The position numbers were made by a program, and so were the translations under genes. Below, piece by piece: positions 28,201-40,200 of a stretch of 64,000 nucleotides of DNA. This DNA is from Styela clava. Its lineage: Eukaryota. The DNA lies in assembly GCF_964204865.1 (NCBI RefSeq), contig NC_135253.1:13268001-13332000 (forward strand), read 5' to 3'. The notes beneath the pieces are model-generated. The model did no database searches. It worked only from the letters and a program-made list of their open reading frames with translations, and had not been told where the DNA came from. Every line of letters begins with the position of its first letter. The stretch's first letter is position 1.

Positions 28201-31200
28201 AGATTATAATTGAGGTCTCCCATGAAAATACAATTTTTCGATAAGGTTTGGAGTGTCGATTCCAGAAAACTAATAAATTGATTATTGCTTTGACTATCTG
28301 ATAAGGGAGATCTGTAAATTGTTCCACACGTCACAATTCTATCCTTCAAATAAATGTCTACGAAAGTGGATTCAAAAATTCGCTCATTCATAATTGAAAT
28401 GTCAGGTCTAGCCTTGAAGGTAATATTTTTTTTGATGTATAGGCCAACAACCCCACCTTTTGAAGTCACTCGAGGATTTGATAAAAAAGTATAGTCACCC
28501 AGGTTCTTGTGGGATCCTATCTGATTTGGTTTTAGCCATGTTTCATTGACTGCTATTAAATCTGGGCAGACTGTCATTGAGGCTATAAGAGCTTCAAGTT
28601 TTGAAAAGTTTCTTGGGTTGGCCAAGGAACGCATATTAATACACATTGTGACAAGTGGGTTCAAGTTATCACTGCATAGGATATCTAAATTAGCGGCAGA
28701 AAGATATTGACAATCAGACATACAAATTTTTGTGGAATCGCTTATTTCATCATTATCAATATTCAGTAACAAAGCCTCAGTAAAAAATTCGTTAAGAATT
28801 TCTGGGGTCAGAGTCGAGGAAGGGTCATTATTCAGGCATAGGTCATTTACTTCTGTATTAGATAACGAGCTGAATGGCAGGCTATTTTGTAGGCAAAGTC
28901 TACAGTACCAAGGTATATCATTTGGTTCATTACATAGTTTACGAAACTTTCCTGTTTCATCGTTCCTAGAAAAAAGATCATAGAAATTACTGTAAGTCAT
29001 ATCCGTTGCCCATAGAAACATAAGCGAATTAAATTGCCCAAAGAAACATAAGCGATTGAATTTATTCAACCTTATACAGATTTAACTGCTGTAATATGTC
29101 TTAAGTCAGACCGTGCTTATTATTTATTGTTTATTCTGCATTTGTAATTAAATAAAATGTCTTTGGCACCCACTTTCAAATACCAAAACCAAGTTAAAAT
29201 ATGACTAAAAAAACTATTTTATATGCTTTAGAAATATGTAAAATTGCCACCTTCATCAAGTTGAGAGCAAAATTTACTAAGCTCTTTTCTCGTTTTCAGC
29301 CACATATTGTTCAGTACATGACGCCAATCAATGTTCCATACACTATTTGTTAGAGTGGATTTTTTGCCAAGCATCACATTACCAAGTTGTTGAAGTTTTG
29401 AGTAAAGTATTTTACTTCCCTAAATTTGAAAAGAAAAAAATCTTTATAGTGGCAGCAAAATGGAAGCTTCATAGAATAAACAATTTTAAACAAATTGAAA
29501 AAAATGCAAAACAATAAAAATTAGTAAACAGTAAGGTAAATTCGAAAAAATCAAACAAGAGAAGAATTCTCAAAGAATTCTCACAATTGTTTAAAATTAG
29601 AAAAATATTTTGTATGTGTGGCGCTAAATTATCAAGAAAAAAAAGACTCATGGTGCAATTAAACACAAAAAAAAGATGCTGCCTGTAAGTACTCAATTTT
29701 GTGATCGTTATTGTCTACTTTATGCCTTTCAAAGTTTGAAACTTGTAGGCCTAAAAAATAAATGCAACAGGTAAACTATTCTTTCTTATCCATGCCTGAT
29801 TTTCTTTTGAAATACTAAAAAAAATCACTCATGTTTGGTAAACACGGTTCTGAAGATAAATTAACTGCAGCTCGTGTCCATAGAAAGGTAAAATGATTTT
29901 ATTGATTCTTATACTCAACATTTAAATAAGAAACAATAAAAAATTGACAATAATACCAATATGTAAAATATTCAATCATAATAGTTATGTTTGACGCATT
30001 TCTGTAAACTTTCGATGCACACTTGGAAAATTGCCCCTTTTGATGATTCTCGATTGATCGATTGAATGGTCAAGAATATAGAACTGACAAAATGTACCTC
30101 AAGTTGAGCCACATCCGATATACAAGACATTTCTTCATCCGATATAAAATCTTTATAAAGTTTTCCCAAACATAGTGAGGATCTATCTCTATCACAAAGA
30201 TCCTCCAATCCTACACAGTCCACTTTAATCTCTGAAATATGATAGCAACATTAAACAAATTTTTCTTCCTTGCTCTTACAACATGTTTTATAGGAATTCT
30301 TTTCACTCAATATGTAGTTTCTGGTTAAACATTAATCTCCACTCTACATAGTTCATTGAAAATTTAATGGTTGTTGACAGCGATACCAATGATTGAGTTT
30401 TTGCATTTTTGAGTTACTTTTAAATAAACTAGATTGCAATATTTGCAATATATATGCCTCTAGCAACACCAGCATTCTACCAATTTGAGAATATGCAATA
30501 GTCAAACCACAAACATCACTTTTACTGCTTTAACCCCTTGCCCACTTCCATCTGTACCAATTGCATAATTTGTATCATTTTAACCGAACATGCCCCATGC
30601 ATGTGCATAATTTATGTTGAGTGCACCATTTTCACCACATTCATTGGGCAATACACTTGGTCATATTTAGTGAACGCCAACACATATTGTGACAGAAATA
30701 AATCGAAATCCTACAAAATCAAACAAAACAGACAACAGAAAATAGTCAACATATCATACTCTTTATCATTAATATACCATGGTAACATGCAAAGCAATTC
30801 TTAGCCATAGTCAAGCATAAATATACTTTGCATTAGTGAGTCTAATGACTGGCCTTCCTTCTATCACACTCAGCAAAATAACATCACTGCCGTTTAGGGT
30901 CCCTGACCCCTGCTCTAAAGCTTTATACATAAAAAATAACCACCAATTTCCAATACTACCGGCAACGCATTTGAGTCAACATCGGTGAAAACAGGCAAGG
31001 CTGACCTCGAAATGCAAATAGTAATGACGGTATTAAAACAATCAAACTTTTTCGTTGGCTTTTGTGGTTTGTGCAGTTGAGTGGAATGAAGACAATATCA
31101 CAAAAACAAAGAATGTCGCAAATGGAAAAATGGTTTGGTACCAGAACTACACTGGTAAAAGCATCAAAATGGTATACAAATTTGAAATACCGTATTTCCT

Positions 31201-34200
31201 GGCGAATAAGTCTACCCGGTAAATAAGACAAGGCCCGTTTTAAAGCCTGAAAAAATGGGTTTTTGCATATGACCTGCCAATAAGTCGGGGTAGTAAAATC
31301 GCACCAACATCGGAATCTCAAATTACCATGCAAAGGCTTTTAAGCGATCGCCACGTTTGCGCATTGGTTAAAATAGCCTATAATGACTTTTTCTTGTATC
31401 GTAATTTTCAATCTATACCAACCACAGAAATTCAAACTGTCCTTCAATTTCAATCTAATTGTGTTCAACGTAACCTGCCATTGCGTCCACCATATAAAAA
31501 CATTACCGATCTAAAATAACAAGGCAATCTGCGGAAATAATAATGTGAGATAAACTACTTGATTTTATTTAGTTTTTACTTTGGGAGAATAAATACTGAA
31601 ATAAAAGATGTTTACGGCTCAAATAAAACATCACGCTGACAAAAACAATTGACAATTTTACCAAAATGCAATCCTACCTGCATCGGTAATAGCCCTTCAC
31701 TCGACCCCAAAAATTTAGGTCTAGAAAAGCGACTTATTCGCCGGGAAATACAGTGTGTCATTTAGAAAAACATCAGATAAAAGCCGAAGAAGTTTTCAGT
31801 TAAAATAAATCAAAAAAAGAACATGAAAGAGTAAAAAACAAGATGCAGAAGGAAAAACAGAAAATGATTATTACATTAAATCAAGAATGGGCAGCCTCAT
31901 GCTGGTGCACGCATTGAAAATTCAAAGGCAAGACAAGATAGAATGTGATATGATTGCCTGCAAATGCAGAAGTTTTGGTTCAACATAAAACAAACCGTAG
32001 TATCAGCAATTATTCCAAATAGTAACATGGAGATTAATCCAATTTAATGGCCATGAAAGGATACAAAATTTACATAACACATATAGTACAAATGAGAAGC
32101 TAAACACAGTGTACAGTGCTTTATAAATGATGCAAATAGAACATATGGACTACAATTGGTGCACATGATGTAAAAAGTGCTTTTAATGAAAGATTGGCTC
32201 ATGATTAATGAGGATTAGAGTTCTGCATATGGTACTTGTAAGTGGTCTATATATCGCATGCAGTACTGTATACTATAAATGCAAGGTATTTTGTTTTAGT
32301 AGTTGCGATACAGTATAGATAATCCGGTTGTAGACTGGAATGAATGAATATGTCTATTATTATAGACTATTATAATTACTTGTTAATTTTCTTCTAAACT
32401 TTGCCATAAAATGATTTTGACTCCATTACTACAATAATCAACCTTTTCTTAAAATGACCAATGATATTGGTTAAATTATATTAAATTAGTTGGATAGTTT
32501 ACCCATGAACATGTACATTAGCATCAATTGATCAAGTGTTCCATATTTAAAATCATGTTAGGCCTAATGTCACAGTGAACGAATATTTTTGGTATATACC
32601 TTTGGTATATATTTATTTTAGCCATGACAGCTACAATATATGCTAAAAATAAACAAAAAAAGACATTGAAAAATTTAGGTTATTGAATCAATTATCAATC
32701 AAAAATAGTTTTAAAAATTATTAATATAACTAACAAGACCCCAAACCAGGTCGCCTACGCCTCCAACCCAAGATACACAAAGAAAATCACCCTAGTCGTC
32801 CCATAATATCAACGAATGGCACAGCAACAGAAAAACTTTCGGCCTATGTAGATTATAAACTGACTCCGCTCATGTGTAAAAGAGTTATACCCTCATATAT
32901 TCGAGACAGCATGGATTTCCTAAATCATTTACAAAAAATCAAAACAATAGGACAGGAATCTTTACTAGTGAGTATGGACGTAGTTTCCCTCTACACAAAC
33001 ATCCCCCACAACGATGGCATAGAAGCAATGGAAAAATACCTCAACAGATTCAACGAAGACAAACAAGAAATCCCCTGGATAGCAAAAGCAGCCAACTTAG
33101 TCCTGACAAACAACAACTTCGTTTTTGACGAACAACATTACCTTCAAATTCAGGGAACTGCGATGGGAACAAAATTGGCACCCAAGTATGCAAACATTTT
33201 TATGGCAAACCTGGAATCCAATTTATTGGACAAAACCCCTTTAAAACCACAGTACTATTGCCGCTTTATTGATGATTGTTTTCTTATATGGACACATGGC
33301 AAAGAGAAACTATCAGAATTTGTTACCTTAGCAAATTCTTTACATCCAACAATCAAATTTACATTCGAATGCTCAACAAACTGGATTACGTTTTTGGATG
33401 TTAAGGTTCATATCATTAACAACAAATTGGAAACAGAAATCTTCAGCAAAGAAACCGACTCGCACCAGTATCTTTCGCCATCGTCCTGCCACCCTAAACA
33501 TGTCACTAAAAATATTCCAAAAAGTCTATTCATCAGAATAAGAAGAACCTGTTCAACAAATGAGCACTTTGATAAACATGCAAAAATAATGAAAACATAC
33601 CTCACAAAGAGAAACTACAAAGAAAATTTAGTTGACGATGCAATACAATCTGCAAAAGAACTCGACAGAAAACTCCTTTTAATCCCAAAAACTGAAACCA
33701 AAAAAGAAACTTTGCTTCCCTTCATCACAAACTATCACCCGACCCAACCAAACCTTCGAAAAATATTTTCAGATTACCAATACATTTTAGATAACAACGA
33801 TAGACTAAAAGAAATTTTCCCAAAACCACCAAGATTAGCCTATCGTAAATGCCCCACACTAAGGGACAAATTAGTCAGAGCAAAATTGAAACCAGAAACT
33901 CCCGTTAAAAAGAATCCAGGCTTTTTCAAATGTGGCAGAAAATCGTGCAGTACCTGCCAATATTCAGAAGAAAGGAAAATTGCAACAAACAAACAGAAGA
34001 CAGCAGAAATAAGGATTCGTCAAAAAGTTACATGCAACTCGGAAAATGTAATCTACCTGATAAGCTGCAAAAAGTGTGGCATGCAATACATAGGAGAAAC
34101 GGGAAGACATTTAAAATACCGAATAACTGAGCATATTAGAAGTATAAAAACCCAAAACAAAGATCTGGTTGTTGGCGCCCATTTCAGTCAACCGGGACAT

Positions 34201-37200
34201 TCGCTTAAAGATTTGAGTGTCATTGGCATTGAAAAACTATTTCATGACCACATTTATCGAAAGAACAAGGAATCCCATTACATTCATCTTTTCGGGACAC
34301 ACGAGCCACAAGGGATGAATATTAAGGAAGTTTAGATATTTTCATTCATTGTTTAAATCAATTCTTGTACCTAATATATTTTTTTCTCAGAATTGGATCA
34401 TGCATGGCCAGATATGCTAATAACAGACAAAATATCACTATATTACATTTGACACACAGACAACTTTTCTGGTCTGCATTATACAATACTGAGAAATAAA
34501 ACACCATTGTGTAATTTGGACTTCAATTGCTAAATATAAAACAAAGAGAGAGATCTCATCAATGACACTTATTTCGGCCACCCGCTGTTATTTAATCAAG
34601 AAATTCACAGATTTTATTGATTATTCAACATGCGTGACTCCTATAATTCTACTATGATTGTTTAAATATGCATGTAACTGCTTTTCGTGTTGTAGTTGAA
34701 TTATGTATGTCTGAAGAAGTCTGACCTTGGTCAGACGAAACGTTACAGAAATATATTTGTGTTGGTGTGCAGCAAGACTCTTGAATCACTAACAGATTAT
34801 AACTAACAAATTCAGACTAATAAAATATACAAGCTATGTATGGGAACAAATTTGTCAAATAATTTATTAGAGTTAAAGTCAGTTGAAAATAATGCATACT
34901 TACAGGAAAATAATGCAGAAATTCAAGTAAGAATATAAAATTAAACGTGATAGAACAAAGGTAGTAAAATCTCACCTTTTCAAAAATTCTGGTTGCATTA
35001 ATTTGCCAAAACGAGCAGAAAGATAATAATGAAGTTTCAAAATTTTTGCAGCGTATTCCTGGATAGAAACCATATATTTATATGGGTAAAAGTATTCTAC
35101 ACTTAATTTACTATCTTCTATAGTACTATCTTCTCAAATATTTTTTTCAGCTCTTAAATGTTTGGAATAGAAAATTATGAGCGTATTTTAGCATTACATC
35201 TACATCATCTTAAGTCAAAAAAAGATGTTAACCAAATGCTATTTTAAAGTTTGAACCTATGAAAACTTTACCCAACTTAAAACCCAACATCCAACTAAAG
35301 AAACATAAAAATGTATGGTAAATGTATGATTGTATGGTATATCAAAATATGCAAGTTGCCTCTTCAATGATATCAATAGGGTGAATGATGCTTTGGTCTG
35401 CATAAATCACAAATGCCAAATTGCTAATGTGGGATTGAACATGCCAATACATAGTTGAATGTGACAATAACACAATTATTAGATATGATTTTGACACCTG
35501 TATAATTATATAAGTACTAATAATGATTACGGTACTCACAATTATTTTGCACATTTCCAATTATTATTATTAAGCACTAATATAATAAAAAATTTGTTTA
35601 CCAAATTTAGAAATTTTTTCTTACAGGGTGTGTAAGTCCTAGAATTAGGTCAAAATTATGTTTCCTTTTTATTTGAGTTACCTTGTTATAAACACAACAT
35701 ATTTCTGCAGTCACAGTTGGAAAAAAATATCAATTGTGATTCAAATTTTATTTCACTTACTGAAATTATTTTTGCAGATAGTTTTGGACGTGGAATAGGA
35801 TCTAACAATGGCAAAATGTGCTGAAATATTGAATCTAGTTGAAATTTGTTGATGCTAGAAACTTTATTCATCAGCAGATCAATCAGGGATGTTGAAGTCA
35901 AAAAGTATTGAAATGTATCAACTATCCATGGATGAACTTGTGAGATAACTTGGATGGTTCCATTGAGTTCTTTTAATTTTCTTCAATAAAATGAAATCCA
36001 TTTAGCTATACAAATCATAGAAGAAAAAATAACAGTTGTTGAATAAGCAAAAGAGGATTGTTTTTGAAACTTTTCTAAATGCTGCTCTGCGCATAAAAAC
36101 TAGTCTATGTAGAAGAAGTCGAATAACAGGAACACACAACTTATATTATAATGTGATTGAAGTAAGTGAGACAATGCAAGGTTTTACTAGCACCAAAAAA
36201 GATTAAAAGCAATCATGGAACTACAATTTGCATTCATCTTACTTTTGCTGTTTTGAAGTTGACAAAACTTCTTTATATTTTCCCCATGAGCTTTGTTTCA
36301 AATCTGGCAGCATGGCTCTATCTAAGAGTAAATCGGGCATCCTGAATCTCAGTTGGTCCTTGAATTGTCCTTTTTCTGCAATAAGCCAATATGCCGGTAG
36401 AACTAGAATGAAGAGACCTTTGACTAGAAAGTGTTGTAGACTCTCGCAAACTTCATGAAGTGGATGGACCCTGAAAGATTCGAAATATTCATTTCAGTTA
36501 ATATAAGTATAATTGTATGATAACTTATAATAAAATATTGTTCATTCAAAGATTTTGATTATAGCAAAATAATATGTCGTTTTCACTTATAAAAAATAAG
36601 AAAGTCAACATACGCATGAAATTGATAAAACACCAACCCATTGTATAAAAATTGGAATTCCTTTTCTATTTCATGATATAAACGTATCTGAGATTCTTTT
36701 ACTAATTCGTACATATTCAGCCCATCACGAAGAGCTGAATACAGATTATAGCTTTGGATGACATGATGTTCCAAGTAAAAAGCTCTGATGATGGCTATAC
36801 AGCATATAATGTGTTTGAACAAATGTATCTCCACATCATCTGAAGAAAATTTCTGAACTGTAACAATCCATTTCTCTAGCATTAGCTCCAATTCCTGTAA
36901 ATAAATTTATATCCAATAATTTTGTAACATTTTTCATTCAATTTATTAGATAAAATGTATATGTAAAATTAAAAATAATTAATAGAATGGGTTTTTCATT
37001 CAAAGAAATAAGAAAGTCCGTCAGAAAGCATATTCAAGGGGTGGCCCTCTGAATTAGTCAATTCTTCCAAATGCATGCACTTTGATATAACAAAATACCG
37101 TATATTCCGACTAAGAAGTCACTATTCTGGACCCAATTTTTTGGCCTGATTTTGGGGGGACCGTCTTATTGGGCGACTATACTTATTTTACTTATTCTGG

Positions 37201-40200
37201 GGTCGGTTTATTTTTGGCACAGTCTTTTCAATATATGGGTTGATATATTTTATAATGTATTCCTGCTCCCAAACTGTCTGTCAATCAAGATTATTTAATT
37301 GTCTTTGTATGGCCACCTGTTATTTGTCCTATCACTCTTCGGTTTTGCCGATTTAAGAAAAATGGACACCTGACTGGAAAATACAGCAGTTAACTAACCC
37401 ATGAACATACAGCGCAGTACTTATCACACCTGATTCACAGAATGAATGCTGTGTAATATTATACCTGAAACAAGCAAGACCTGGTTCTATCAATATAAAA
37501 TTATTGATACATATTGGTGCTTAACTGACCAACAGAGAAGCAATCTTTTCCATTTTATTGGAAGACTATATGGAAAAACCCTCTTTTTTAGTGCTAAAAT
37601 AAGACTCCGTCTCATTTGCCAGGTAGAGTAATTAGCTGAGAAATATGGTACCTCCACACAGATTCACATGGAAATGGGATAAATATTAAGTTTATGATTA
37701 TTCAACAATTAATTCTGTATCACTTTCACATTTAAATTTCTTAATCAAGCACAAAACTCAAAATTGGACTGAAAATTACCCCAATTTTGATTAGGCAGTA
37801 AATGCAGGCCCAACAATTCACAAATATTACCTCATTGTTGCAAATAAACTGATGGACTGGAGATGAAATTTTCCAGCCAAGTTTCAAGTTGTGAACCCAA
37901 TAGTAAATCTCATCTTTAAATGAAATTTTTTGTTGCAATACAGTTTCTACAGATGGAAGATAATTTCGGATATTTTGAAGACAGTTTTTTTTTCCATGTA
38001 TCTACAATCCAAGATGTTTTTGAAAAACAAGCGATGTCTTGCACAATGTTGAAACCTGAAATGTAAGATCGAAGCACTTCAATATTTATTGCAATGACAA
38101 AAATGTAAATAAAAAGAAAGTGAAAAATCAAGCTGAAAGTTTTCTACCTTAGAAAATTTATAAATTGAATTTGGTGTAAACAGTCTTACCGGGAGTAAAT
38201 GATCGTTCACGTAGCTTTGTTTTCCCTGAACTAGGCAGTTTTTCATAAATATATTTATTACTTTTGTCTGTGTAACAATAGACATAACCCAAATCTTCAT
38301 TTTGTGTGACAACATTAATACTGTAATATCCATGTCTAAACAAAAAAAAAAATTAGAAACAAAAGCAAAGCTTTACCTAAAGCAACATATTTCAAATGAA
38401 AACACTATACTTGTGCGTTTTCATTGGATAGAATTGGCCATGAATCTCAATCGACATTTTTCCACCAAACTTTAAACGAGGTAATTCTGTAGGAATTACT
38501 CTGAATTCAACATTGACTGAAAATGAATAAATGACAATGCAATATAAAATTTTAATACAGTACTTTCATGAACCCTCACAATAACATGTATTGGAATTCT
38601 ATCTCTTATTGTCTACTATTTTATTTTAATTATTTTCAGGTTTCAAAGCATAAAGCATCTATACAAAAAAAATTTTGTGAATTGAATTATGTATAATTTA
38701 ATAATAATTGAGATGATTAATAATGAATTTTTTACCATGGTCTGAACAAAAAATTCTTTACAGTCAAATAATTCTTTAGTCAAGAACAGAAAACTTTAAA
38801 TTTTTTTTTAAACCTGAAGCAATAGAGTGTAAATCAGAATGATATTACCATGAATTATTACACAAATGATACAATTTGTTTAAATAACATTTTCAAATAA
38901 ATAATAAATAAATACATTTTCAAACCACCAATATATATTCATTATCAGCCATGGAAAAAACAGAAAAAAAGAGAATATCAAAAATTTTCCACTTCCCTAT
39001 AATTCACTGCAATATCTATTATAAATCTTTTAACTGTGATAATATCCATCCTCGAAAGTAAATAAAGACAACAAAGTCAACATTTTCCTAGAATATTATT
39101 GTAGCAGTAATTAAGCTTACATTGTTGGTCTACATTTGTCGAATTTGATTTGTTCAGAACATCTTCAAAACTCGGGGCAGTAGGAATGACTGGCACACCT
39201 TGATCATTGGAAAACAACATTTCTGTAATTTTGGGTAGACATTCATTAATTTGAAAAACGATATTCATACATACAAATTAATTATTGCTCTTTTTTACCT
39301 GAAAACTTTTCCTAAATAAGATACTAATGCCAATATTGAAATTTCAATCTATGATAATTTATTCCTAAAACAGCTGACATGTAATGTATTTTTTACACTC
39401 TGTATAGAAGGTATCAGATAAAAACAAAGTTTAGAAAACAACAAAAATTCGATAGCTAAAGAAAAGAAAATGACTTCGCCATAATATTGCTGGTATATCA
39501 ATTAATTTTAGAAACTCCACTATTTGATAAATTTCTCAATTACCCGAATCTCTTTCAAATTTTATTGAGTTGATATAATAAGACTTTTTTGTTGCAACAG
39601 TCAAATAAACCTTTACTTTTCATTCGGTCATGTATCACATTATTTATGAAAACTTACAATAATGTGAAAAAGTTATACCAACTTATCAAAAGAATTTCCA
39701 AGCTATATTTGTTAAACTTTAAGTTAATCTTTACTTGTTTTAAGAAACTTCATATGTACACAAAATTTTATTGAAACTTGAGACTTGTGAGAAAAGCTGT
39801 AATGGCTGTAAAAATATCTAGAATTGATATTCAATCATGATTTAGCATGTTTGATTCATATTTTTTCTTGCAAATGACACTGACTCCAGTCAGACCATTT
39901 TGGGTTGTGAGTGTGACATATGCATATTTTTGACAGAAGTTCTAATTTTACAATTATACAAAAAATGGAAACGTACCCATTTGATGCTCTTCCATCACAT
40001 CTACTTCTGAATCATCATCGTCTTCGTCATCATCTGACATCGAATCTTGAAAAATGATTTAACAAATAATTTAATTTACCAAAATTGTATTTAAGGATTG
40101 ATGATATCACATATAGGAATATCAAACTGTAATCCAAAAATATCCAGATGAAATCATAGCCTTGGCGAGTCATAAAATAGGTTTTACATCACCCACAACA

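Larger units (their letters stand above)
32737..34797 (+). mobile_element. 5'-truncated Penelope-like retroelement (Neptune-like)
   Basis: 12-bp TSD TATAACTAACAA (32725-32736, 34798-34809); RT plus GIY-YIG ORF; 3' hammerhead motif. Confidence 0.92.

Noticed and set aside
35686-36005. Apparent premature stops at both ends of a stalk exon
   Set aside because: Using the AAG acceptor at 35981 and the GTAAGT donor at 35760 excludes both stops and matches the flanking phases.
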